From Synechococcus sp. (GTDB taxonomy: Bacteria > Cyanobacteriota > Cyanobacteriia > PCC-6307 > Cyanobiaceae): a stretch of DNA of 64,000 nucleotides. Every line of letters begins with the position of its first letter. The stretch's first letter is position 1. Positions 43,882-53,911 of this stretch are shown here, piece after piece. The stretch spans positions 2,424,203-2,488,202 of the forward strand of contig JBJBEO010000001.1 in assembly GCA_047284725.1 (NCBI GenBank). Direction: 5' to 3'. A program made the position numbers and the translations under genes. The notes below the pieces were generated by a model. The model saw only the letters and a list, made by a program, of their open reading frames with translations. It made no database searches and was not told the DNA's origin.

Positions 43882-45150
43882 ATGCCCTCATTCATTGCCA
43901 GCTACCAAACCAATACCGGCAGCGATCGCACCATGCGGGTGCAGGCTCCGGATCTGGCCGCAGCGCGCAAAATGCTGCGGCGCAGGGGCATCAAAGCCAC
44001 CACCATGAAAGTGGATGACGCAGGTGGAGCCCGAGGCGCTGGTCAACAATCAACCAAAGAAGGAGGTGTACAAGGGCTCCTCTCCCTTGATCTGGGAAAG
44101 GCCTTCGAAAAGAAACCTGGAGTCAAGGACAAAGCGATCTTCGCCAGCAAGCTTTCAACCCTGGTCGATGCAGGCGTCCCAATCGTCCGCAGCTTGGATC
44201 TGATGGCCAGCCAACAAAAGTTGCCGATGTTCAAGCGGGCTTTGACTCAGATCGGCCTCGATGTGAACCAAGGCTCAGCCATGGGTGCATCCATGCGCAA
44301 ATGGCCAAAGGTCTTTGACACCCTGAGCATTGCCATGGTGGAAGCCGGTGAAACCGGTGGCGTGCTCGACGAATCGCTGAAACGACTGGCCAAGCTGCTT
44401 GAGGACACCGCCCGCTTGCAGAACCAGATCAAAGGTGCCATGGGTTATCCCGTGGCGGTCATGGTGATCGCCATCCTCGTATTTCTGGGGATGACCATCT
44501 TTCTAATCCCGATCTTTGCCGATATTTTCAAGGAACTAGGAGCAGAACTGCCTGTCTTTACCCAGATGATGGTCAATCTGAGCGGCTGGCTGCGCTCATC
44601 CGCTTCACTTTTGCTAGCAGGCTCAATTGTTCTGGCGGTCTGGTTGATCAGCCGCTACTACGCCACCAAAAAAGGTCGCAGAGTGATCGATCGCCTGATG
44701 CTGAAGCTGCCATTGTTCGGGGATCTGATCATGAAAACGGCCACTGCACAATTCTGCAGAATTTTCAGCTCTCTCACCCGAGCCGGTGTACCGATCCTTT
44801 TGTCACTGGAAATCTCAAGTGAAACGGCAGGCAATTCAATCATATCCGACACCATCCTTGAATCGCGTGCCCTCGTACAGGATGGAATACTTCTCAGTGA
44901 TGCTCTGATCCGCCAGAAAGTATTGCCGGACATGGCCCTCAACATGCTGGCCATCGGAGAAGAGACCGGAGAGCTGGATAAAATGCTCAGCAAAGTCGCA
45001 GATTTTTACGAAGATGAAGTCGCCGCAACGGTCAAAGCACTGACTTCAATGCTTGAACCGGCAATGATTGTAGTGGTGGGATTTATCGTCGGCTCCATTC
45101 TTCTGGCCATGTACCTGCCGATGTTTACTGTCTTCGACCAGATCAAATAA
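43882..45150 (+). CDS. pilC: Type IV pilus platform protein (GspF family)
   Basis: AGETGGVLD, YPVAV, GEETGELD, LEPAMI, AMYLPMF. Confidence 0.95.
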   Translation: MPSFIASYQTNTGSDRTMRVQAPDLAAARKMLRRRGIKATTMKVDDAGGARGAGQQSTKEGGVQGLLSLDLGKAFEKKPGVKDKAIFASKLSTLVDAGVPIVRSLDLMASQQKLPMFKRALTQIGLDVNQGSAMGASMRKWPKVFDTLSIAMVEAGETGGVLDESLKRLAKLLEDTARLQNQIKGAMGYPVAVMVIAILVFLGMTIFLIPIFADIFKELGAELPVFTQMMVNLSGWLRSSASLLLAGSIVLAVWLISRYYATKKGRRVIDRLMLKLPLFGDLIMKTATAQFCRIFSSLTRAGVPILLSLEISSETAGNSIISDTILESRALVQDGILLSDALIRQKVLPDMALNMLAIGEETGELDKMLSKVADFYEDEVAATVKALTSMLEPAMIVVVGFIVGSILLAMYLPMFTVFDQIK

Positions 45151-45157
45151 ATGGCAA

Positions 45158-46411
45158 TCAGGCCAGGGAAGCAGCAATCGCCTGACCGGCAAGCCAGCCA
45201 CTGCTCCAACAGTGCTGAAAGTTGAACCCGCCTGTCACTCCATCAACGTCGATCAACTCACCAGCGAAATACACCCCCGCCACCTTGCGGCTGGCCATGG
45301 TGGCAAGGTTGATCTCACCCAGGTCAACCCCACCAGCGGTGACGAATTCCTCGCCGAAGGGCCCACGGCCAGAAATCGGATAGGTGCTGGCGGTGAGGGC
45401 CTGCACCAAGGCCCGTTCCCAGGGGCCTGGACAATCCGCCCAGCGCCGCTGGGGATCGGCTCCCACCTGGTGGAGAAGAGACAACCAAAGCCGGCGGGGC
45501 AGACGCTCAGGCAGAGGACGGGCTGTAGCGAGTGTTCGACGCGACTGCTGACGGCGCAACTGCTGCAGCTCTTCCGCAACACGATCTGGGCTCATACCCC
45601 CAAGCCAGCGCACCAGCAGTGAACCGCGATAGCCATGACCATGAAGCGCCCGTGCCGCAAACGCAGTCAACCGCAAGGTCGCTGGTCCACTCAGGCCCCA
45701 ATGGGTGATCAACACCCGACCGGTCTGCTCAAACCTCTGCCGATCACACTTCAACTCCAGACTGACGTTGTCAACGGCTATCCCGCTGCAGTCGGTGACG
45801 GCAGGCGCCTGCAAAGTCAAGGTGAATAACGACGGCAACGGCCGCGTGACGCCATGGCCGAGCTGATCGGCAAAACGACGACCGCTGGGGTGACCACCGG
45901 TGGCCAACAACAACCGCTGGCCCTGCCAGACCTGCCCAGCAACGCCGTGCACATCAAAACCGGTCGCCGTGGGCTCGACTCTGCGCACTGGAGCACGGCA
46001 TGCCCACTCCACACCCACGGCACGCGCCGCCTTGAGCAGGCAATCAATCACTGCCTCAGAGCGGTTGGCCTCCGGAAACATCCGCCCATCCGCTTCCTGC
46101 ACCAGCTCCAGACCATGGTCCGAAAACCAACCCACCGCATCACCACAGGCAAAACGACTGAAAGGGCCGCGCAGCGGCCGAGTGCCGCGCGGATAGTGCC
46201 CCACCAACTCCCTTGGATCCCAACAGGCATGGGTGACATTGCAACGACCACCACCACTGATGCGCACCTTGGTCAGGGGCTCCGGAGTGGCCTCAAGCAC
46301 AAGCACCCGGCGACAGCCCTGCTCCGCGGCGGTGATTGCAGCCATGAAGCCGGCTGGACCACCGCCGACCACAATCAGGTCATGACTTGGGCTGGAATCG
46401 AAGGGCGACAC
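45158..46411 (-). CDS. HI0933/YhiN-family flavoprotein oxidoreductase
   Basis: VGGGPAG, KVRISGGGRCNVT, VTAGGV, GGFNFQ; start uncertain (46411, 46453 or 46477). Confidence 0.9.
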   Translation of the reverse strand: MSPFDSSPSHDLIVVGGGPAGFMAAITAAEQGCRRVLVLEATPEPLTKVRISGGGRCNVTHACWDPRELVGHYPRGTRPLRGPFSRFACGDAVGWFSDHGLELVQEADGRMFPEANRSEAVIDCLLKAARAVGVEWACRAPVRRVEPTATGFDVHGVAGQVWQGQRLLLATGGHPSGRRFADQLGHGVTRPLPSLFTLTLQAPAVTDCSGIAVDNVSLELKCDRQRFEQTGRVLITHWGLSGPATLRLTAFAARALHGHGYRGSLLVRWLGGMSPDRVAEELQQLRRQQSRRTLATARPLPERLPRRLWLSLLHQVGADPQRRWADCPGPWERALVQALTASTYPISGRGPFGEEFVTAGGVDLGEINLATMASRKVAGVYFAGELIDVDGVTGGFNFQHCWSSGWLAGQAIAASLA

Positions 46412-46904
46412 CGTTGTTACAGAAACGCTTTCCGGTGGGCTTGGGACCGTCATTGAAGACATGGCCCTGATGACCACCGCAGCGACTGCAGTGGTATTCG
46501 GTGCGGGGAATGATCAGCTTGAAATCTATCTTCGTGGCGATCGCGCCCGACAAACCCTTCCAGAAACTGGGCCAGCCGGTGCCGCTGTCAAACTTGGCCT
46601 CTGAAGCAAACAACGGCAGGTCACACCCAGCGCAATGAAACGTGCCGGGTCGCTTTTCCCCATTCAAAGGACTGGTGAAAGGCGGCTCCGTACCCTCCTG
46701 ACGCAACACGCGATAGGCCTCGGGAGACAGGCGACGTTTCCACTCCGTATCGCTGAGATCCCAGGCGCTGTCGTTGGCCTTGGAGGCGGCCAGTGCCAGC
46801 GCAGGGGCTCTGAAGACACCCACGGCTCCCGTCAAAGTCGCCACCAGCAAGGAACGACGACTGAGCAACCAGTGCTGGAGAGACGAAGCCATCGGTTCGA
46901 ACAT
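46380..46904 (-). CDS. msrB: Peptide-methionine (R)-S-oxide reductase with Tat-like signal
   Basis: GTEPPF, CAGC, KFDSGTGWPSF, GHQGHVFNDGP, RFCNN; N-terminal SRRSLL. Confidence 0.95.
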   Translation of the reverse strand: MFEPMASSLQHWLLSRRSLLVATLTGAVGVFRAPALALAASKANDSAWDLSDTEWKRRLSPEAYRVLRQEGTEPPFTSPLNGEKRPGTFHCAGCDLPLFASEAKFDSGTGWPSFWKGLSGAIATKIDFKLIIPRTEYHCSRCGGHQGHVFNDGPKPTGKRFCNNGVALRFQPKS

Positions 46905-46963
46905 GCAGGTATCAACCCCTCTGTTCTAGGAACCCCGATCAGCGACAAGGGAAGAATGGAGAC

Positions 46964-47968
46964 ATGGATGGTCCAACGCCTGATCCGCAGGAGCCCGCCT
47001 GGCGCTTCAGCGTCGCCCCGATGCTCGACTGCACGGATCGGCACTTCCGGGTGATGATGCGGCAGATCAGCACGAGGGCCCTGCTCTACTCCGAAATGGT
47101 GGTGGCTCAGGCTCTGCATCACACCAACCGACGGGAACGCCTGCTCGATTTCGATCCTGTGGAGCATCCGATCGCCCTGCAGGTGGGAGGCGATGACCCC
47201 AGACTGCTGGCGGAAGCAGCACGCATGGCCGCGGACTGGGGCTACGACGAAATCAATCTCAATGTGGGTTGTCCCAGCCCTCGCGTCAAAGCCGGCAACT
47301 TCGGCGCCTGTCTGATGGCCGAACCCGACACCGTCGCCCACTGTGTGGAAGCGATGGGTGCCGCCTCAGCATTACCGGTCACCGTGAAACATCGCGTGGG
47401 GATCGATCACTACGACAGCGACGACCTTCTCCAGGCGTTTGTGGACCGGGTTGCGGCAGCGGGTGCTTCCCGCTTTTCCGTGCATGCGCGCAAAGCCTGG
47501 CTGGAGGGTCTCGACCCGAAACAGAACCGCACGATCCCGCCCCTGCAACATGAACGGGTGCTCGCCCTGAAACAACGGCGACCGGAACTGATGATTGAGC
47601 TGAACGGGGGGCTCGACACACCCGAGCACTGCGTCGAAGCCCTCAAAGGCTGCGATGGAGCCATGGTGGGCCGAGCCGCCTATGCCCACCCGCTTCGTTG
47701 GGGAAGCATGGATCAATTGATCTACGGCGAACGCCACCGCCAGGTCTGCGCATCGGGGGTTGTGCTTGGTCTGATTCCCCATGCCCAAGCTCATCTCGAC
47801 CGTGGAGGGCGTCTCTGGGATCTCTGTCGCCACCTGGTTCAACTGGTGGAAGGAGTTCCTGGCGCACGGCATTGGCGCCGCAACGTCGGACTGAAAGCCC
47901 AACGTCCCGGAGCCGACATTGGCGTGCTGGAAGAAGCAGCCCGGCAACTGCGCGATGCCGGGCTCTGA
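46964..47968 (+). CDS. dusA: tRNA dihydrouridine(20/20a) synthase
   Basis: SVAPMLD, NLNVGCPS, GACLM, HARKAWL, MVGRAAY. Confidence 0.95.
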   Translation: MDGPTPDPQEPAWRFSVAPMLDCTDRHFRVMMRQISTRALLYSEMVVAQALHHTNRRERLLDFDPVEHPIALQVGGDDPRLLAEAARMAADWGYDEINLNVGCPSPRVKAGNFGACLMAEPDTVAHCVEAMGAASALPVTVKHRVGIDHYDSDDLLQAFVDRVAAAGASRFSVHARKAWLEGLDPKQNRTIPPLQHERVLALKQRRPELMIELNGGLDTPEHCVEALKGCDGAMVGRAAYAHPLRWGSMDQLIYGERHRQVCASGVVLGLIPHAQAHLDRGGRLWDLCRHLVQLVEGVPGARHWRRNVGLKAQRPGADIGVLEEAARQLRDAGL

Positions 47969-47978
47969 TCAGCAGCGA

Positions 47979-48503
47979 TCAGCCTTCGGCGCCTCCGTAC
48001 CCGCCAAAACCAGATTCGCCATCACTGGAGGAGGCACCTCCACGCCGGCGACGACTGCGGCCGTCGTCGTAAGTACCACCAGAATCAGATCCGCCGCCGC
48101 CGTAGCTGTTTCCACCGCCGTAACTGCGATCTTCCCAACCGCGAGCACCGGAGCCACCGCCGTAGCCGCCACCATCGGAACCACCGCGATAACCGCCACC
48201 ACCGCCATAGCCGCCACGGCCACCGCCGTAACCACCGCCACCACCACGACGGGGTGCACTGCCGCGGGGCTCAGCTTTGTTGATGCGCAACGGACGACCC
48301 ATCAATTCCACGCCTTGAAGCGCATCGATGGCAGCGGTTTCGCTGGCATCATCAGCCATTTCAATGAAGGCGAAACCACGTTTACGACCCGTATCCCGCT
48401 CAAGAGGCAGGGCACAATTCGTGACCTCGCCATGGGCGGCAAACAATTCAATGATGTCTTCCTGCTCTGCCCTGAAGGGCAGATTGCCAACAAAAATGCT
48501 CAC
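47979..48503 (-). CDS. RRM RNA-binding protein with long Gly-rich tail (cyanobacterial Rbp)
   Basis: RNP2 IFVGNL, RNP1 RGFAFIEM, GGY/RGG repeats; GTG start. Confidence 0.93.
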   Translation of the reverse strand: MSIFVGNLPFRAEQEDIIELFAAHGEVTNCALPLERDTGRKRGFAFIEMADDASETAAIDALQGVELMGRPLRINKAEPRGSAPRRGGGGGYGGGRGGYGGGGGYRGGSDGGGYGGGSGARGWEDRSYGGGNSYGGGGSDSGGTYDDGRSRRRRGGASSSDGESGFGGYGGAEG

Positions 48504-48639
48504 TTTCCTGATGGACCGTTGATGAAATGGGCCGATGGGACCTGACCTGCCAACGGTTCATGCTCCGGTAAGGAATCAATTGCCTTTGGCTACCTCAGCG
48601 TAGACCCGTTCAGACATTTCCACTTCGTTTGATTCGGGT

Positions 48640-50040
48640 TCAGGCCAGTCTCTGCTGCCAGAGCTTCAACTGTTCCTCAACGCGCACAAAGCCTGTCCCC
48701 CCCTCACTGACCCGGGCAGCCACCACCTGACGGGGCGCCAGAGCTGCAAACAGATCTGCTTCAAACACCGGATGAAAGGTTTGCCACTGCTCCAAACTGA
48801 GATCGAGCAGAAGAACGCCGTCCTGAAGGCAGCGTTTGACCACAGCACCCACCAGTTGATAGGCCTCACGAAACGGCACGCCTCGAGCCACGAGGTAATC
48901 GGCCACATCAGTGGCATTGGAGAAATCAGACGTCACAGCCCGCTCCAAACGTTCCGGACGGAATTCCAGCCCTTCCTCCATCAGGATCGCCATCGCCTCC
49001 AGACAATCAGCTGTTGTGCGCACCACATCAAACAGGGCTTCCTTGTCTTCCTGGAAGTCTTTGTTGTAGGCGAGGGGTAATCCTTTGATCATCGTCAACA
49101 AGCCCTGCAGGTGGCCGAACACCCGGCCGCATTTACCGCGCACCAACTCGGGAACATCGGGATTCTTTTTCTGCGGCATCAGACTGCTGCCGGTGGCACA
49201 GCGGTCGCTGAGACGCACAAAGCCACATTCCTCACTCGCCCAGAAAATCACTTCCTCCGCCAGACGGCTGAGGTGCACCATCACCAGGGACGCCGCCGAA
49301 GAGAACTCAACAGCAAAATCCCGATCACTGACAGCATCCAAACTGTTGGCATAGATGGCATCGAAGCCCAGGGCCGCGGCCGTGCTGCGCCGATCGATCG
49401 GCACCGGTGTACCCGCCAGCGCTGCTGCTCCCAGAGGCGACACGTTCACCCGACCCCGAACGTCCCGGAAGCGCTGGCGATCCCGTTCCAGCATCTCCAC
49501 GTAAGCGAGCAGGTGATGGGCGAGACACACTGGCTGGGCACGCTGCAAATGGGTGTATCCAGGGATCAAGGTGGTGCGTTGGTCGAGCGCCTGGTTCAGC
49601 AAGGCTCTCTGAAAACGCTGAACTCCCCCATCGAGCTCATCGAGACGACGACGCAACCACAGCCGCAGATCCGTTCCGACCTGATCATTGCGACTGCGCC
49701 CGGTATGCAACTTCTTGCCCACGGGGCCGAGCAAAGCGATCAGCCGCCTTTCCACAGCGAAGTGCACATCTTCATCCTCCAAACCGGGACGAAAGCTGCC
49801 GGCGGCGGCCTGCGTGCGAATCGTCTGCAGGCCCTCACAGAGCTGAGTCGCTTCCTCCGTACTGATCACGCCGCACTCCGCCAGCATGCGGGCATGGGCG
49901 ATCGACCCATCGAGATCCTCCTGCAGCAGATTGATATCGAAACCGATGGACGCATTGAAACGCTCAATCGCAGGGTGAAGGCCCTGATCAAAGCGATCGC
50001 TCCAGGTGGCAGAGCCTCCGCCCGTCACTCCCCCAGCCAT
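48640..50040 (-). CDS. argH: Argininosuccinate lyase
   Basis: [30 protein letters not shown]. Confidence 0.97.
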   Translation of the reverse strand: MAGGVTGGGSATWSDRFDQGLHPAIERFNASIGFDINLLQEDLDGSIAHARMLAECGVISTEEATQLCEGLQTIRTQAAAGSFRPGLEDEDVHFAVERRLIALLGPVGKKLHTGRSRNDQVGTDLRLWLRRRLDELDGGVQRFQRALLNQALDQRTTLIPGYTHLQRAQPVCLAHHLLAYVEMLERDRQRFRDVRGRVNVSPLGAAALAGTPVPIDRRSTAAALGFDAIYANSLDAVSDRDFAVEFSSAASLVMVHLSRLAEEVIFWASEECGFVRLSDRCATGSSLMPQKKNPDVPELVRGKCGRVFGHLQGLLTMIKGLPLAYNKDFQEDKEALFDVVRTTADCLEAMAILMEEGLEFRPERLERAVTSDFSNATDVADYLVARGVPFREAYQLVGAVVKRCLQDGVLLLDLSLEQWQTFHPVFEADLFAALAPRQVVAARVSEGGTGFVRVEEQLKLWQQRLA

Positions 50041-50103
50041 ACCCACATCAAGCGCAGCGTGCAGTCAGCTTGTCAGGCCATGGGAACACAGCCTGCCCAC
50101 CCA

Positions 50104-51519
50104 TCAGGGGCCGTGACGAGGCACTGACGGCAGCATCACCTCCTCCGGCACCTTGAGCACCACCATCGACGCATCATCCTCAAGCTGACGATCCATCCCG
50201 ACGAAGCGATCCAAACGCACAAATAACTGATCAAGAATTCCCTGAGAACCGGTACCGGAGCGACAAGCAGCCTCGAGGGAACGAATCAAACGCTCTTCAT
50301 CGAAACGGTCACCAGTGATGCCCGACGCCTCCGTAACGCCATCGGTGTAGTACAGCAGCACATCACCAGGCTCGAGCACCACTTCACCGCAGCCGTATTC
50401 CGCTTCGGGCTGCAAACCGATCAGCAGTCCAGGGGCATCCAACCGGCTGATCATGCGTTGCTGGGCCCGCCAGATCAACGGTGGATTGTGGGCAGCGTTG
50501 GCATAACGCAACCGGCGTGTGCGGGGGTCGAAATCGGAATAGAAAAGGGTGACGAACCGATGGGACTGAGCCAGGTCCTCCTGAGCCAGTTGGTTGAGGT
50601 CGTGGAGAATCCGATCAGGCGGCAGACCACTGAGCACCTCTGCACGCAACATGCCGCGCAGCATGGTCATCAGCAGCCCGGCGGGCACGCCCTTACCCAT
50701 CACATCCCCCATCACCAGAGCCCAACGCCCCCGTTCCCGGCGTCGCCCCGTCAATTCCGGGCGGGTTGGGATGAAGTCGTAGTAATCACCCCCCACCTGA
50801 AAAGCAGGACGACATCGAGCCGCCAGCTCGACCCCCTCAATCAACGGACAACGCACCGGTAACAGCTGCGCCTGGATCTCAGCACCGATGCTGAGCTGGC
50901 GATCGACACGCTCATGACGACGTGCCTCCTGAAGCATGAGGTCATGCTCCACCGCCACACCAGTGAGATCGGCGACCAACTGCCCATGACGACGGTGGAC
51001 GTCACTCCAGGCCAGCGGGCCCGAACTGCTGAACAAATACAGACGACCCCGCTGCCGACCACGAGCCACCAGAGAAGTAGCAAACAAACCAGCCCGGCCG
51101 AGGTGGCGTTGGACAAGATGGTCGAGAGCCATCACCTGGTGCTCATCCGTTCCAAACCCCTCAGCCATCCCGGGCTCAAACGCAGCGATCTGTCTGAGCA
51201 ACTCCGTGGATCGGTGATCAGGCAACATCTGCAATTGATCGCGCCAGATCCTCCCCTCATCGGTGAACGGCACTAACAGGGCGCCATCCACTCCCACCAG
51301 ACGCGAGGCCACCACAGGCACCAGTTCAAGGAAACGGTGCAGATTGGTGAAGCTGCGTAACGCAAAGGCCAGGGATGCCAAGAGGTCTTGGCTGGAGCGC
51401 TGCTCCTTCGAAAAGCTGTCGAATAACTGACGCAACGACGCCGTGGCCGACATCGGCTGAGCCGCATTGCGCTGATGCGGCTTGGAATGGCGACGGGTCG
51501 ACTTGCTGCTCACGGCCAT
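50104..51519 (-). CDS. PP2C/SpoIIE-family Ser/Thr phosphatase with GAF-like domain
   Basis: VGGDYYD, GDVMGKG, NAAHNPP, YTDGVTE, EDDAS. Confidence 0.9.
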   Translation of the reverse strand: MAVSSKSTRRHSKPHQRNAAQPMSATASLRQLFDSFSKEQRSSQDLLASLAFALRSFTNLHRFLELVPVVASRLVGVDGALLVPFTDEGRIWRDQLQMLPDHRSTELLRQIAAFEPGMAEGFGTDEHQVMALDHLVQRHLGRAGLFATSLVARGRQRGRLYLFSSSGPLAWSDVHRRHGQLVADLTGVAVEHDLMLQEARRHERVDRQLSIGAEIQAQLLPVRCPLIEGVELAARCRPAFQVGGDYYDFIPTRPELTGRRRERGRWALVMGDVMGKGVPAGLLMTMLRGMLRAEVLSGLPPDRILHDLNQLAQEDLAQSHRFVTLFYSDFDPRTRRLRYANAAHNPPLIWRAQQRMISRLDAPGLLIGLQPEAEYGCGEVVLEPGDVLLYYTDGVTEASGITGDRFDEERLIRSLEAACRSGTGSQGILDQLFVRLDRFVGMDRQLEDDASMVVLKVPEEVMLPSVPRHGP

Positions 51520-51551
51520 CCATGGCAGTGATTGCAAGTTAGCGACGGTTT

Positions 51552-53219
51552 TTAGCGGACTGCCAACAATGCTTCGACAAACTCAAAGCTATTGAAGGGT
51601 CGCAAATCGCGAATCCCTTCTCCAGCTCCGATGAAACGAATCGGGAGTCCAGCCTCGGAAGAAACTGCCAAGGCCACACCGCCACGGGCTGTGCCATCGA
51701 GTTTGGTGATCACAACTCCGGTGAGATCAGCAGCCTTCGCGAAAGCCATGGCTTGCTTCAAGCCGTTCTGACCCTGGCTGGCGTCCAGCACCAACAACGA
51801 TTCCACCTTGGATTCCGGGGCCAGTCGATCAACAATGCGCCGGATCTTCTGGAGCTCCTCCATCAGATTGTGCTTGGTCTGCAAGCGACCTGCGGTATCC
51901 ACCAGCAACAAGTCGGTGTCCTTGGAGCGTGCTGCTCCGATCGCATCAAACACCACAGCAGCCGGATCAGCATTCGCAGTGGGATTGGCTACCACTGGCA
52001 CATCACTGCGCTCACCCCAGACCTCCACCTGCCGGACCGCAGCGGCCCTGAAGGTGTCGGCGGCCGCGATCATGGCGCTGTAACCACTGCGCACGGCCAG
52101 GTTGGCCAACTTGCCAAGCGTGGTGGTCTTGCCAACGCCATTCACACCGACCATCAACCAGATGTTGAGGCGCCCCCGCTCGGGGGCCAACAGCTCAACA
52201 CCGCTGGCTTTGATCGGTTGATCCAACAGAGACCGAAGCTGCTCTTTGAGGAACCGGATTCCCTCGCTGGGATCCACCACCTCTTCATTCAAGCGCTGAC
52301 GCAGCGACTCCATCACCTGATCGGTGGCCTGAACACCGGCATCGGCACGTAACAGCAACGCCTCCAGATCGTCCACCACCTCTGGAGTGAGCGGATCATC
52401 CCCAAGGCTGTCGAGCAAACCGGTCACAAAACCCTGACGGGTTTTCTCCAGGCCCTGACGGAGCCGGCCAAGCCAGTCGATCTCCTCAAGAGAAACCTGA
52501 TCGACCTGGCGGCCCTGCGCAGCCAACACCTCTGCCGACCAGGTGAAGGTGTCGTCGAAGTCGCCCAGCTGAGGCTGATCAGCCCGCTCAGACGCTGACG
52601 TTGGCTGGGAGGCATCTGGAATGGCAGCCGGAGCTGCCGCGGCCGATGTTGTGGCTCTCGCCTCCAGCTCCTCTCGACGTTCTTGCCGCTGCGCTGCAGC
52701 CTGCTCAAGCAACGACAGACCTGGAGCAGGAGGTTGTGGTGGCTCGACCGGCGCAGCAGCTGAGGTGGACGGAGCTATCTCCGACTGAACCGTGTTCTGC
52801 GGGGCTGTCTGCGTCGAAACGGATGGGGTTGGTGTTGGCTGAGGAGCTGGAGCAGGGGGCGGGGACTGATCCTCCTGGACCGCTTTGGCTGCGGCCTCCT
52901 GAGCCTGTTGCGCCTTCAGACGGGCGTAGGCCTGACGAGCCCACTCCAGAGGATCGTCATCGACGGCATTGGACTGAGCTGATGGCGTTTCAGAAGTCCC
53001 GGAAGGGCTTGGTTCCTGAGAGGCAGGAGTGGAAGAAGACTGGGCAGCTGACGCCGTCGAGTCACTGACTGGTTCAGCTGCCTGTGGAGGCTCCGCTGGC
53101 TCAGGCTGCGGCGACTCACTGTCGCTGGCTGGCTGCTGATCAGCACCTTCCGTCCTGCTGTCTTGGGCAGGAGCCACAGGTTGCTCAGAGGTTCGGCGCT
53201 GAAACCAGTCGAAAACCAT
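51552..53219 (-). CDS. ftsY: SRP receptor FtsY
   Basis: GVNGVGKTTT, DTFRAAA, DTAGR, TKLDG; long acidic/Pro-rich N-terminus. Confidence 0.97.
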   Translation of the reverse strand: MVFDWFQRRTSEQPVAPAQDSRTEGADQQPASDSESPQPEPAEPPQAAEPVSDSTASAAQSSSTPASQEPSPSGTSETPSAQSNAVDDDPLEWARQAYARLKAQQAQEAAAKAVQEDQSPPPAPAPQPTPTPSVSTQTAPQNTVQSEIAPSTSAAAPVEPPQPPAPGLSLLEQAAAQRQERREELEARATTSAAAAPAAIPDASQPTSASERADQPQLGDFDDTFTWSAEVLAAQGRQVDQVSLEEIDWLGRLRQGLEKTRQGFVTGLLDSLGDDPLTPEVVDDLEALLLRADAGVQATDQVMESLRQRLNEEVVDPSEGIRFLKEQLRSLLDQPIKASGVELLAPERGRLNIWLMVGVNGVGKTTTLGKLANLAVRSGYSAMIAAADTFRAAAVRQVEVWGERSDVPVVANPTANADPAAVVFDAIGAARSKDTDLLLVDTAGRLQTKHNLMEELQKIRRIVDRLAPESKVESLLVLDASQGQNGLKQAMAFAKAADLTGVVITKLDGTARGGVALAVSSEAGLPIRFIGAGEGIRDLRPFNSFEFVEALLAVR

Positions 53220-53245
53220 CGAATTGAAGCGTCAGTTGAAACGAA

Positions 53246-53881
53246 TCAGGACCCAGAGGAGGGTGAAGCATCCTGCAAACGGCGCAGAACACCATTGATC
53301 ATGCGACGCCCCTGTTCATCGCTGTAACGATTGGCCAGCTCCACCGCCTCGTTGCAGGCCACGGCTGAAGGGGTCTTGAGGCTGGTGAGATCCACCACAG
53401 CCAGTCGAAGAATGTCCCGATCAATGCGAGGGAGACGGGTCAGTCGCCAACCTTCCATCACCCCATCCAAACGGGCATCAATGCTGCTGCGCTGCTCATA
53501 CACAAGCGTGACCCGACGCATCGCGCCATGGCGCACCGTCTCCTGATCAGCCAGAGCAAGGAGACGAGGAAGTTCAAGGCTGCTGGACAAACCGTTCAGC
53601 ACCCGCTCAGCAATGGTGAGTGACGCTTGCAGGTGCTCTCGCACGACAGGCGAACGACCATCGCCACCATCCTCCAGCTCACTGTCGAGAAGATGCTGCT
53701 GCGCTTTCTCCAAGTCAGCTGCGCTGGCATCCAATGATTCCCGCCAATGCTGCTGCAGCGACTCCAGCGCTTTCTGCAACACCGAATCGAGGGGGAGATC
53801 GACGGCAATCTGAGCCTCACGATCAGAAAGCTGACCCAGCACCAGCAGTGCCAGCTCACGGGCTAGGGAACGGGACTGCAT
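53246..53881 (-). CDS. nusB: Transcription antitermination factor NusB
   Basis: RSLARELAL, IDRDILRLA, NEAVELA, INGVL. Confidence 0.93.
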   Translation of the reverse strand: MQSRSLARELALLVLGQLSDREAQIAVDLPLDSVLQKALESLQQHWRESLDASAADLEKAQQHLLDSELEDGGDGRSPVVREHLQASLTIAERVLNGLSSSLELPRLLALADQETVRHGAMRRVTLVYEQRSSIDARLDGVMEGWRLTRLPRIDRDILRLAVVDLTSLKTPSAVACNEAVELANRYSDEQGRRMINGVLRRLQDASPSSGS

Positions 53882-53911
53882 GGCAGTAACGAGAAAGGAA
53901 CGAGGGAGAGG

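Noticed and set aside
47965..47982. Hairpin formed by the dusA and rbp stop regions
   Set aside because: Only a 6-bp stem with no U-tract; too weak to call a terminator
47990..48250. CRISPR-like repeats
   Set aside because: These are Gly codon repeats of the Rbp tail, with no repeat-spacer structure
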